A stretch of DNA of 64,000 bases, from the NCBI GenBank assembly GCA_030704615.1, contig CM060732.1:55180001-55244000 (forward strand). Direction: 5' to 3'. The DNA is from Takakia lepidozioides (taxonomy: Eukaryota > Plantae > Bryophyta). Position numbers and translations under genes: made by a program. Positions within the stretch are counted from its first letter, which is position 1. Every line of letters begins with the position of its first letter. Below, piece after piece: positions 25,310-37,280 of this stretch. The notes beneath the pieces were generated by a model. That model was given only the letters and a program-made list of their open reading frames with translations, was not told the DNA's origin and made no database searches.

Positions 25310-27935
25310 GACGTCACAACGATGATGTCAGCCAAGCTAGCTTCAAGGAGAAGACTCCACATTCAATGTACCTGATACACGCTAAGAAGGAAGAGCACCA
25401 CACATCAGTATATATAGCTACACTTTCAGCACTCTTGCATCTTGTATTGGCAGCATGGAGTCACAAAAACCAGATACATTGGAGTTATCGCTTACCCAAC
25501 TACTAGATTAGCCGTTCCGACTCTCACGACCTTCAACATCACGCCGACGCTATCGAGACGATGGGCCACCAATGCGACGCGTACTTCCTCGTCTGGACCC
25601 CGTACGACTATAAGTGGAGCCTACTCGAAGTCTGATAATTCTGTTGGAGGTTGAGGCTTCGGACCCAGAGGGCAACGAAATCATGTTTGAAGGCAGCTTT
25701 GAAAATCAGAATGCTCAAATTACTGCGTGGTCCCAAGTTCAAGGTGTTGGACACTATCGATGGTTATAGGGACCTATAAATCATTTGAGTCAAGAAAGAA
25801 GAGCCGAATACTTGGCAAGTACCACCGTCTTATGAGTACAATCTCACCCTTAGTTCCTCTCAGATTGTGGAAGCAATTGAGCATTTTCATGATGTGTAGG
25901 GTTTAGGGTAGGGTTTTGTGTAAAGCAGAGGTAGAGGCAGAACCGAGCAAGGTTTAGGGTAAATCTAAGTGAGTAAGAGGCTGGGGTGTATGGCGGAGGA
26001 ATGATCTTTGGAGTGATCAACTGATGGAGAAGGGAGTGTGTGGGGCTTGACTGAGAGTGAGGGAGAGGCTGGAGAATGGCTCATGAAATGTATATGCTTA
26101 CAGTGACTGATTGGTTTATATAACCAAGCCTATTACTAACTATGATTGGCTTGTGAACTTAAGGCATGAGTGGTTGATTGTTTCATTTCGAACCTGATAT
26201 GCTTTGAGCTTGGTTCCGGAGATTTATCTCCAGACCTGCAATCAGCTTTTGTGATGAGTTTACAATCTGCATATATGGTGATAAATGTTATATATCAAAC
26301 CTTGGTTCTTTCCTAAATGTGAATGACCTGGAAACTTTGTTAGAAAGATGAATGGCTTACGGGTTGGACTATGTATGGCTTGACTGCTGGATTAAATTTC
26401 AAAGGGTTAGAACATGTGTCAGGGTTTTAATACTGAATGGATGTGGGCCGGGACATTGCTAGGGCGCCAGAGCATGACATTCCATGCATTCACGCCATTG
26501 GATGCCAAACTTTTCTTGGCACATTGGGCCAAGGTTTGTATGCGTTCACGAACTGCCGACCTTGCTCGTTGCCCGGTTGGCCTTATTTTCCACCATTGCT
26601 AACTTTGTGGGGTGGAGGGGCTTGTGTTAGGCTGCATCAAACCGCGCAAAGGAAGGAGCACCTACTTGGCAGTAGCCCATGGCCCCTCCACAGACGACGA
26701 ATACGTGGTCATGGATTCCAAGTGGGTCCAATGGAGGACCCCAAGGAGCTTGGGTAGAAGGAGGTGCCCAAACTTGGGGCCCTCCATGCAACGCCGCTGG
26801 TGGGCAGTGGGTAGGCCCCTCTTTTAATGGTGCTGCTCCTCCATTCACCCCCCCTGCTGGTGATGATCAAGATTCCACACAGCAAGGGGATGTGGCGTCG
26901 CAAGCTGCAAACAAAAAAAGTCAATGAAACTGATGCGAAAGCCCGCAAATCTGTTGGGCTGAAGCCGCACAAGGTACAACTAAACTCTAAGGGGGAAGTA
27001 GACCAGGGGTGTGAGGGGAAGGATTACTGGCAGAGCTCCTTGCGGGGACTCTGCATCAGATATCTTGATCCTAGCATTTTGCTAGCAGACAAGCAGGAAC
27101 CCAGTGACATGGCCAAGGTTAAGGAATCCATGGACGCGGATTTTGAGTACTATCCTAGACTTATGAGTGTTGACAAGTTCCAGAAAGCATGTGGGAGAAT
27201 TATAAAAGTATACCGCCAAAAGTTAAAGCTGGTGTGGTTGGTTGGAGGTCCATGCCCTCCGAGTGTAGAGTCCTGCCATTGGGATGCATTGGTGAAGTAC
27301 TGGGATTTCCCCAAGGGCAAGAAAGAGAGTGAGAACATGAAGAGAGTACGATCCAATGTTACCAACCCATCGAGGGTTGGAAGAGCAGGGTTGGCTGGAC
27401 AGGCCCGACACTTGGTAATATGAATATATGCACCACATTTTAATATATGTATACATCTATATGTATGTACATATATACACATGTATGTGATGGAGTAGGA
27501 TACCATCTCTGCCCTGTGAGGTAGTTGCAAACTGTCACTACAATCATGCCTCTGTAAACGCCCCACTTGTTTGGATGAATAGGGGCCAATTTTTTTTTTG
27601 TTGTGGCCCTGGCAGAAGAAAGAGAGAGCATGAAGTCCAAGCATCACTGAGCTGGCACACGCATCGAAGGCGGACAAGGGTTTAGGCTCCCAGTCAATTG
27701 GAGGTGCACAGGTAAATGGCGTGTGGGTATTTTTTTTTTTGTTGCATTCATTTTGCTGGAGCAGTAGCCAGGCCATGCGGGCGGATTATGTGTCTTTCTT
27801 TGGTTGTATAGAGAGGGGGCAGTGCGATGCAGTCTTGACTGTCGTCCCTTGAGGGCAGTGTGCTTGCCTTGGCAGACGTTCAGATCCCGACGATTGAGGG
27901 CGAATTGGCCACTATAAAAGCAGAAGTTGCTAAGG

Positions 27936-28457
27936 TGTCGTGCGCATACATATCGCTACACAACTACATCGCTGTCCAAACCACACCACACATATATGCA
28001 CAATAAAGTAGTCTGCCACAATGATAGAAATCCAACGAACACACTGTTGACACAAAACATGAAAACCAAACCATCACTCTTAGAAATAGTAGTCGAGCCA
28101 GGGGCACCCCAAGCTATGGGGACTCCACCCCACAACAACATGTACCCCTACATAAGCACACTCAAATCTAAACACATGCAGGAGCTCGGTCGCGCAGGCT
28201 CAACTCGAGAAAGATGAGCCGCGCGACTGCCGCTCTCGTGAAGATAAGACGGACCAGGTGTCAAACTAAACTTGACACCTGATTTAACACTTGACCTAAA
28301 TCCAAGTGTTAAATACAAATAACTAGTTTTATTCTAGCTGTTTTCACACTGTGCTTATTTAACTTGACAGCTGTCGTGCGCATACATATCGCTACACAAC
28401 TACATCGCTGTCCAAACCACAGCACACATATATGCACAATAAAGTAGTCTGCCACAA
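27936..28457 (-). repeat. 3' terminal repeat block: A (27936-28021), B (28022-28369), gc, A (28372-28457)
   Basis: The 86-bp A copies differ at one site by eye. The 348-bp B is nearly identical to 39558-39905. PPT-like agggggg on the minus strand at 28461-28467. Confidence 0.95.
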
Positions 28458-28716
28458 TCGCCCCCCTAGCTGGTGGATAGGTCCCTCTACCTCCAGATAG
28501 CTACAAGATGTAATAGCCACAGCCGTACTAAGTCCTCTATCACTGTTCCTATTGTACTCAAACTCTATAGACCAAGAGGCCGGGTACAAGAGTAGCCCCA
28601 TCGTTAGTCGCCATCTTGCAATCTGTGAACTTGAGCCAAGACCTCGTGTGTTCAAGGTCTCCTAGTAGCTGGGCCTTGCGTTGCTTGTTAGCCTCCCATG
28701 GTTGTATCCACTCCCA

Positions 28717-29613
28717 CTATCCAATGCATTGTGGACATAACCAATCCCCATCTGGAACCATCTCAAGAGGTGGAGTCAAGCACCCCATATGCCAACCTCT
28801 AGAGCATCGATCACACACCAGCATGGTGGCTGCCCCTTTAGCAGACCCACACAACATGCACCTCAAACCTGCAGATACCACTGCCAGGTTTGGGTCAATC
28901 CTGCCATCGACATTCGGAAGGTGACATGGCGCACAATTACGCACATGGTCCTTCCAAGTTATGCCATCCCGACCCTCCAAGACCAAGACGCCTGAGGGCA
29001 AGACCTCTCGAACCCTCAAAATAACACGTCCTGCAGTCACATCCAGGGTCGTAGGAGCAGTCTGCTGCAGATAGACATAGTCACCAGGGTTGAATCTCCG
29101 AACCCCAGGACGATAGCCCCCACCACGTATGGTAGCATACCTCAACGTATCACGGTGTTGTGCAATGGCAAGGTTCTCGAAAGCCATGGTCATGACTCTC
29201 TTGAACAACTCTGCACGCTGCTCACATGCACGTGCCCACACGTCCGGATCGTCAAGGTTAAGAACTGTAGCAGCTTCTCTGCGAATGGATGTAGGCAAAT
29301 CCGGCTCTCGGCCAAAGAGAAGAAAGTATGGTGAGAAAGAGGCAAGTGATGCTTGCTTGCTGAACCTGTAGCCCATGGCTAACCAGGGTAACTGAAGGTC
29401 CCAATCTCCTAGGTGTCCCTTCTGCAAGCCATACTTGCGCAAACCCCTCTTTACTGTCTGAACAACTCTCTCTGCCAAGCCATCGGCTTCAGGATGATCC
29501 CGAGAAGTGGTGCGGTGGTCTATCAAGGCCTTGTCACACAAAGCCTGAAACTCCCCCAAGAACTCTCTCCCTTGGTCCGTGAGTACCTCAGCTGGAGCAC
29601 CGAACCGGCTAAG
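28717..29613 (-). CDS. Integrase core C-part plus C-terminal PHD finger (separated from its N-part by the inversion)
   Basis: LSRFGAPAEVLTDQGREF, HPEADGLAERVVQTVK and SPYFLLFGREP. C4HC3 finger CMLC...CDRC..GWHMGC...WLCPQC. Confidence 0.95.
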   Translation of the reverse strand, partial: LSRFGAPAEVLTDQGREFLGEFQALCDKALIDHRTTSRDHPEADGLAERVVQTVKRGLRKYGLQKGHLGDWDLQLPWLAMGYRFSKQASLASFSPYFLLFGREPDLPTSIRREAATVLNLDDPDVWARACEQRAELFKRVMTMAFENLAIAQHRDTLRYATIRGGGYRPGVRRFNPGDYVYLQQTAPTTLDVTAGRVILRVREVLPSGVLVLEGRDGITWKDHVRNCAPCHLPNVDGRIDPNLAVVSAGLRCMLCGSAKGAATMLVCDRCSRGWHMGCLTPPLEMVPDGDWLCPQCIG

Positions 29614-30113
29614 ATGCTTTTCGGGATGGTGGACCTGGCCTCTTGTGGGATGCTCAGTTGCAGCAGTTAGTGGAGCCTAATGCCGACGAGCGAGAGCGGG
29701 CTATGGGGTTTTCCACTGGGACCACGGCGGTGCCTTCTCTTTCTGAGGCATCACGTCGTCAGGTGTTGGGGCAAGCAATGGATCTCAATTGCTTGACCTG
29801 GATTGTCAGCTTGGCTATGGCTGAGCAACGTAGAGTGCGGAGTGCACTTCCCTTGACGGTCTCTCTGCCTACCGAGACGGTACAGGCAGCGAGTGGGGGC
29901 GAGCCGGTGAGGACCACGAGGTGTAGACATCCATGGCACATGTGGGAGGTGCTCGAGGTTCAGAGGGAGTTGGCAGCGAAGGCAGCTGTGATGGATGAGG
30001 TTGGGGATTCTGCTCGGGATGAGGAGGTTCTCAATGATGAGACGATGGGGCAGGATGAGGCCTTGTCATTGACTGAGCAGGAAGGGGGTACTTCTCAAGA
30101 GGTTGCAGCATAG
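29614..30113 (+). CDS. C-terminal part of the C5 DNA methyltransferase (motifs IX-X) plus linker, in the inverted segment
   Basis: AFRDGGPGLLWD, ERERAMGF (motif IX) and RRQVLGQAMD (motif X). Same frame as the RT ORF, separated by one TAG at 30111-30113. Confidence 0.88.
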
Positions 30114-30272
30114 CAACCACGGGACGCGTCCTCTACCTCTAAGCCCACTGGACTTAAGGTTGCAGTTACGGAGGACAATTGGGAGCCTGACATTGGACCC
30201 ATTGTCACCGGAGGAGAGAGACGACGTATACGGCGGTTCCTGAGGGCTTATAGGAATTGCTGTGCCTTCAGT

Positions 30273-32312
30273 TTGAAGGACTTGGGAGCACTGAAGGGTC
30301 AAGAGATCCGTATTGAGTTGGCCACTGACACGCCAATCTTTCGGAGACCCTATAGATACAGTGACATGGAGAGGTCTTTGATTCAGATGAGGACTCAAGA
30401 TCTCTGGGAGGCAGGTTTGGTGGAGCTCTCTGGTGGAGAGTATGCTTCAGCCACAGTGATGCCAGCTAAGAAGGATGTCTATGGCAATTGGACGGAGAGA
30501 CGTATGTGCGGTGATTACCGGCCTGTAAATCGTCAGACCAAGTCCGATAGGTATGCCATGCCAACACCAGAGGAGATCTTTGATGCCATTGGGCATTCCA
30601 AGGTCTTTAGCACGTTGGATTTACGATCCGGATATCACCAGTTGCCGATCAAGGAGGCGGATAAGCAAAAAACGGCATTCTGGGGGATCAACGAGCACGG
30701 GAAGGATTGCCTATACCAGTGGCGGTTCTTACCATTTGGGCTTAAAAACGCTCCCGCTGAGTTTCAAAGAGTCATGGACAGGATTCTAGCAGGGGTGGAG
30801 TTTGCTCGGTGCTACATAGATGACATCATCATCTTTAGTGCTACGGTGGAGGAGCATGAGAGACACCTTCAGGGGGTATTTGAGCGCTTGAGGACGCACG
30901 GATTGAAGTTACATCCGGGCAAGTGCAAGTTTTTCCACAACCAGATTGAGTATCTGGGTCACATGATATATCCTGGAGGATTGGGGGTACAGCAGACTAA
31001 GGTAGAGTCCATTGCACATGTTCCACGCCCCACGGATGTGAGCCGAGTTCGAGCTTTCATGGGGTTAGCAAACTATTACAGACGGTTTGTTAAGGGATTT
31101 AGTGCCATTGCAAAGGCTCTAACCAGGCTGACCAAGGTGGACCAGGAGTGGCAGTGGGAAGATGAGCAAGAACAAGCTTTTCAAGAGCTCAAGGCGAGGT
31201 TGACCTCGGCGCCCATCTTGAGACGACCTATCAGGGGGCGTCCTTTTCAGCTGCATACAGATTGGAGCATGCTGGGGCTTGGAGCGGTGCTCACACAGGT
31301 GGATGATGAGGGAAGAGAGTTCGTAGTGGCTTATGCTAGCCGCTCGAACAATGCTGCAGAGTCTAAGTATAGCTCATATGAGGGAGAATGCTTAGCTGCA
31401 GTGTGGGCCGTTGCACACTTCAGGTGCTATCTATACGGCAATCTCTTCACCCTTGTCACGGATCACCAACCACTCAAGTGGTTGATGGAGTCAAACAAGC
31501 TTACGGGGAAGTTTGCACGGTGGGCACTCATCCTTCAAGAGTATGACTTTCAGGTGGTGCATCGACCGGGTTTGGTCAATCGAAATGCAGATGGGTTGAG
31601 TCGCAATCCATGCACGAGCCAGCAGGATGACACTGGAGCTCGGTGGCATGGTGAGACAGACGAGGAGATGGTGCCCGGATGGCATGCATCTGCATTTCTG
31701 TGTATCTTGGCAGCGGAAGGCCAGGTTGGACCTACAACAGGGATGACTGTAGATCAAGTGTCTGAGGACCCTGAGGCCAGCAATGAGCAGGGTGGCGCCA
31801 AAGATATACATGAGGATTCAGTTGTGTTGGACTACCTCCGCAGTGGAGACACGGCAGCCACTATGACTGCCAAGGAGAGGGATCGGATCCTACAACGAGC
31901 CAAGAGGTTCAGGTGGGAGGGGACACACCTGCTCCGAGTGTGGGAGGATGGTCGAGTGAGGATTGTGCCTCACCCAACACAGCGGGCACGGTTAGTGCGG
32001 CATGCCCATGAGGAGTTGGGGCATTTTGGGGTGCGACGCACTCATAGTCTACTGCAGGGGCAGTATTGGTGGCGTGGTATGCACACAGAGATGCAACAAT
32101 TTGTGGCTAGGTGCATGGTGTGTGACAGGGTGCGTGCTTCATTCAACGCCCCTACGCCACAATTGCACCCTCTTCCGATCATGGGATTGGGCTACAGGTG
32201 GAGTCTTGACTTCGCAGGGCCGTTGCCACTGACCATGCGCCACAACAAGTACGTGTTGGTGATGGTGGAGCACTTCTCCAAATGGATTGAATTGGTTCCA
32301 TTGCCTAATAAG
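30273..32312 (+). CDS. pol: Gypsy RT, RNase H and integrase N-part (inverted segment)
   Basis: RMCGDYRPVN, STLDLRSGYHQ, PFGLKNAP, YIDDI, HTDWS, YEGECLA, TDHQPL, H..LGH...C..C and WSLDFAGPLP motifs. Confidence 0.97.
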
Positions 32313-33800
32313 GCTGATCCTGGGAAGCTGAGCAGTGTAGGTAATGCTGCTCGTGGTTGACCCACCCTGTTGACCACTGCCAAAGGCGAACGGTCATCGT
32401 GTCTCACACGTTGAGACTGCCTTCCTGTGTCCAAAATGTCATCCACGGTGAGGTGTGCTGGCCGCTGCACCCCATCAAATGCACGCTTGAGCAGTGCGGG
32501 TGGCATCAAGTTAGTCCACCATAGTCGTGGACGATGAGCCCGTGACCCCACTGCAGCTGCATCCAGCAACACTGCGGACCCAAGCCACGACCGGACTTGA
32601 TGCACACTGGCCATCACCCTGGCCCGAGAATCACCCATCAGTGGGACATTCTCCAAGATGTATGCTGGAGATACAGCTTGATGAAGCTGCAAGCAGCGTA
32701 AAATCCGCACCATCTCCCAAAACAGACCCGTCCTCGAGTCTCGCAATCCATTGCCATGCCCGGCTGATGAATGCCCTTGGCAGGGCCAACCTGCCACTAT
32801 TAGATCAATGGAGCCAACCTGCTCCAAATCTTGCGCCCCCAACAAGGAAATGTCTGCTGGCAAGGCTTGTTGGTATCCACGAACTGCAGACACAGGCAAC
32901 AAGTCAGGGTACTGTTGTACCAACTGAGCCACATGGCGCAGTGAGACACGTCGTGCAGTCTCATCCCTCTCCACATACAGGTAACGCCTTACCCGCACAC
33001 CTGCCTGTAGCACAGCAGCCAATCCGGTGCTGATCCCGCCAAACAAGTCCAGAAGGCAAATGCCTTCATCCGGCCGCTGCCACACAAGAGGTGTGGTGTC
33101 CAATGGCGACAACTGAGGTGGCCCTGGTGCAATCACCGCACTCTCCTCCTCCCCTGACGGTACAAAAGCTTCTTCCCAAGCTTGTTGCACCCGTCCATCA
33201 GCAGCTTGCTGCAAATCCTTGCTCGTACCCCACAACGGAGTGTGAGCAATCATGGCAGGCAACTCCGCCGTACCATGCATGTCATCCAGCTCTGCTGGAG
33301 GTGGCACATCCTCTGCATGGGCATTGCCTTCCAGCAACTCTCCAGGCCAACTAACGGCAGCTGTGAAGGCGGCTAGTGTTGGCATCTTGCCCCGCTGGGC
33401 AGCTGCAATACCCCCAATGAATGTCACAGGGAGCTGTGCACGGCGACCATCCCCCGACTGCCATCCAGGCCTGTAGGATGCTGACTCCTCCCAGAAATCC
33501 AGGGTGAAGCCCATGGGGTATAACACTGCCCCACCAACGAGGACATCGTAAGAGACCGCGTCTGTCACAATGGCCTTGGCTCGCATCACTGAGCCATCTA
33601 CAGGATGATCCGGCTGCAGTCTAATAGCCAACTGATGTCGTGTCATGCCGCGAGCCTGCTCTGATCCTCCCAGAGATGTCTGTATCTGGAAAGGACAAGG
33701 CTCCATATCCGCCTCCATGAGGCCCAAACCTGCAATAGCAGCACTGCCTAACATCAGTGGCTGAGCTCCTGAGTCCAACAAGACCCGGCCGGTACTTCTT
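32313..33800 (-). CDS. Aspartic protease followed by DNMT3-like C5 cytosine methyltransferase motifs I-VIII
   Basis: VLLDSGA...YDVLVG (retropepsin). LDLFGGISTG (I), YVERD (II), DI (III), DLIVAGWPCQGHS (IV, catalytic PC), YILENV (VI) and RAHRPRLWWTNL (VIII). Confidence 0.93.
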
Positions 33801-36009
33801 GCCTGCCGGTCCACTCAAAGTGAAAATGCCTCCCTGGTTGTCTAACAAGACAACTCCAGGTGTCACCATGGCGCGCTCAATGGTTGGCCTAGCTGGCAGC
33901 TCCGTCAACCTGGCAGCTGCAACTTGCCATGGCGCAGCTGTGGCAGTCTTGACCCTCAAATCCGAGGATCCCTCTGCCACTACACCTTCCACTAACTCCG
34001 CAGAAGATGAAGTGACCTCCCCACTCTCACAGAGTGTTGCTGCTAGTCTGAACACTGCAGCTGGTCTCACCCCCGGCGTCGCAATCATTGTTGCCGAGAA
34101 CAGTGGGGCCTGACACACAGAGGTGGCTGCCCCCAATAACACACCGGCCGCACTAGCCTTGGCAGCAGGAGTCAATGCTGCACGTGTGGCTCTCCCCAAT
34201 GGCATAGTAACCTCCGCCTCGGTAACAGTCGGGCGAGAACTAGGTGCCATGGATGGCGTCGACACAGTCTCCGCCAATGTGAATGACTGAGGAAGCCTTG
34301 CCTGACGGCTTGCCTCCCCACGCTGTGGATCCAATTCCACCTCTGCACCTCGTGGCTCAGGAACTCGTGCTGCTCCTCGAGTCACGGCTGCAGCAGACTC
34401 CACCTGCTCTAGTGGTAGTGCTGCTCCGCACATAAATCCCATGCCTCCCATATCTCCTCCCTCAGGAGCAGGAGGTGGACCATCCCGTCTGGGAGCCGGT
34501 ACCGCCTGAGCTATAGCCATGGCAGCGAGCCTCTGCTCTAGCTGCTGAAGCCGGTTGGCCATGCCTTGATCAACGCCCTGACCTCCGCGTCCTTGGCCAT
34601 GTTGAGCTTGCCCTTGGCCTGCACCTCGTGCCTGACCACCTCGTCCTCTCTGGGCTGGTCCACCTCGCCCCCGGCCACCATTGTTCCCTTGGAACTGGCC
34701 TGGGCGCAACTCAGGATGCAAGTCATAACACTGGGCATCTCCATGCCCATACTTGCCACAATGCCCACACTGCAACTGTGCAGGCTGTGCTTGTGCCGGC
34801 CTTCTGCCACTCTCTGGGCAATCTCTCTTGACATGGGGTCCTCCACATGTCCAACATATCACCCCTGGTTGCTGTTGGCCTGCAAAAGATGCCACGGGCC
34901 TCTGCACCTGAGGTCCCCTGTAAGCTCCATGGAACTTGGCTGGGCAACCTTGCCCCCCTGACCACGCTGTTGGGCAGTCCCTTGTGCTTGTGGGCTGACA
35001 GCTGTGCCCCGTACAGGCATGTCCTTGCCAAATCCAATTGTAACAACTCGCTCCTCTACCATGTTGAGCTCAATCCGCTCAGCCAACAAAAACACATCTG
35101 CTAATGTGGGTTGGGCTGCTTGTAACAGGGTTGCATCTCGCACCCTTCTCTTGAGCTCCTTGTCCAGAATTCCATACCAAAACTGGATTGCCTGAGCTTC
35201 AGTAACCCTTGGGTCACACTTATCAAGCGCCTCATACGAGTGTACGCCTCTCGCAGGCTCTCACTGGGTTTGCGCTGGAAGTCTTGCAAACTTCGCAGCT
35301 TCTCTGTCCGTACACCTTGGTAGTTCCTCCGCAACTCCTGGAAGAACTCCACCACCGGGTTGAATCTAGGCACATGTGTTGTAGTTGTGGCAGGAGGAGT
35401 AGTAGCACCTTTTGAACTGGTACCACCTGCAGAAGTACCAGCACTACCTGCTCCACTACTAGTGCTGGCAGTGGGAGCTATTGGTACTGATGCAGCTATT
35501 GGTCGCGTCGTGCCTCGAGTAATGGAGACGTAGTCAGGTGACCAATACATCCTCCACTCCTCAATCTCTGCTTCATGTCCTCGCCTGAACTCGTGGTAAT
35601 CGTCCATAGGCGGGCCTTCCAAATGCTGGAACAGTCCCTTCCACGCCATGAATGGGGTGAATAGCTGTGGATTGCGCATCTGCTGCAAATCACACCAGCT
35701 GTTGAACTCCTGGATAAAGTCATCCAACTCGATTGTGCCCACAGCTCCAGAGTACCTACGAGGCCCCTTGGTAGCTCCATACATCTCCTCCATGTCGTCC
35801 CACAACAATGGCGAATGAAAGTGCACACCTGTTGATGAAGCCTCCGAGTCTGTGTCTGACTCTACAGTAATTGAGGGTGGCGGTGAAGGTGGTCTGAACC
35901 GAATACCTCGTCTTGTGAACCCACTCTCACTGTTACTGCCTGTAGCCGTACTCCCCTCACCACCCTTGGGTAACTCCGTAATGACACTCACAATGTGCAC
36001 CTCCTCCAC
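33780..36009 (-). pseudogene. gag: Gag with two CCHC zinc knuckles, 2-3 frameshifts
   Basis: YSG...LDDFIQEF, FQRKPSESLREAYTRM, FWYGIL, CWTCGGPHVKRDC and CGHCGKYGHGDAQC, followed by an RGG-rich tract. Confidence 0.9.
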
Positions 36010-36530
36010 GTGACACTATAAGGCTCTAGTACTAATCTAATAGTGACACGGGTGGGCACCTGTTGCAGTTTTAAGGGTCATATCCCAATGGCTCAGGGCA
36101 CCTGCACCTGCATCCACCGCAAGAACTCATATGGTTGGCTGGTCATCAACCCAGCCTCACCATAGAAGAAACACTGGTGGTCTTGCTGGTCATCACTCCA
36201 GCCTCACCACCGACAGCATACTCTAGGATTGACCGGTGATCAAATCCGGCCTAATCCCTATGAAAGCAAGCGCCCACACAAAACCAACATGGCGCACAGT
36301 CAAGCATGCAGGTGTTGGGGGGGGATCCAAACACAAGAAATCAAAACATCAACACCCCCACACCAAAATCCAGCTGCAATGCTGATCCTGTAGAATATCC
36401 CAGCCCAAAACCCCGGACTGGCTGGCCTCCACCAAGAGAGGCTTTGGCAACTGCAAGTACAAGGTAATGAAAATAGTACAGAGATGGAGGGGAAGAATAG
36501 AAGCCCGACCAAGCAAGATCCAATCCTGAT

Positions 36531-37280
36531 CTATGCTATCAACTGCCAGACTTCTCTCAAAGTGCCTCGCTCTGCATGATGGTAAGGTGTAGGAGGTATA
36601 TCTATGTCCAGAAACCTGCCACTAACCTTGTCCCAAGCTACAGTAGCTCGCTCTAACCAACCCTCCTCCTCTTTCTGCCAGGTAGAGACAAAGCAATACT
36701 CCCCTATCTCCCGCTCACTGAACACTAAAGAAAACAAAGGTAGGGTCTGATAGTCTCTCAACTCGAAAGCTTTGAGACGGTTGCGGGTGTCCTCATTGCG
36801 AATGACTGCATCTCCTTCACGCACAACAAACATGTCATTGCTGATGAACCCCCGCTCGTGGTTGCCCTGTGTAGAGCGTATCCGGCTGCAACCATGTCTG
36901 ATTGCACAAACTTGTGTAGCTCCTGCTCCTCTGCTCCAGTACACCACGGCCTTGTGGCTGAACACCTTGGTCCCCGGGGCTGTCTTTGGCTGTGTTCCAA
37001 GCCTAGCTTTCACCCACTTTGGTATTTCACCTACAGCTGCAGAACTGCTGGCTCCAACAGAGTTCTGACTGTCCAAGGCGATATTGAGGCCCTCAATGCC
37101 AACTACAGCAGTCTGTTGTCTACTGCTAATGCCTGACTCCCAGTATGCAATCAACTCGTCCAACTGTTCTCCACTCAAATCAGTCTGAGTTCCTTGGGAA
37201 ACATAAATCCTGTCCCCTTGTGTGCACAGGCTAAGAGAAGAGACCTGCCCTTCAATTACGTCCTCATTTCCCCCAGCCAT
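36531..37280 (-). CDS. Orphan 249-aa ORF upstream of gag in the retrotransposon
   Basis: Intact ATG-to-stop ORF, co-oriented with gag, no recognised motif. Confidence 0.55.
   Translation of the reverse strand: MAGGNEDVIEGQVSSLSLCTQGDRIYVSQGTQTDLSGEQLDELIAYWESGISSRQQTAVVGIEGLNIALDSQNSVGASSSAAVGEIPKWVKARLGTQPKTAPGTKVFSHKAVVYWSRGAGATQVCAIRHGCSRIRSTQGNHERGFISNDMFVVREGDAVIRNEDTRNRLKAFELRDYQTLPLFSLVFSEREIGEYCFVSTWQKEEEGWLERATVAWDKVSGRFLDIDIPPTPYHHAERGTLREVWQLIA

Noticed and set aside
25749-25760. gga|CACTA as the left end of the second CACTA (gga also follows 42518)
   Set aside because: The sequence beyond CACTA does not match the right TIR (cactagaagaaaaacg) and there are no subterminal repeats, so it is probably chance.
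25897-25960. agggtttaggg telomere-like motifs
   Set aside because: Only one or two units; at most telo-boxes, not an interstitial telomere.
29610-32312. taag at both inversion junctions as a recombination site
   Set aside because: The copies are direct, not inverted, and only 4 bp long, so they cannot explain an inversion.
32192-32360. Overlapping antisense ORF ends suggesting two convergent genes
   Set aside because: They are read-through past the inversion breakpoint at 32312/32313.
32313-33066. Bacterial restriction-modification methylase or contamination
   Set aside because: The domain is in frame within a Gypsy pol, has DNMT3-type motifs and sits among intron-containing plant genes.
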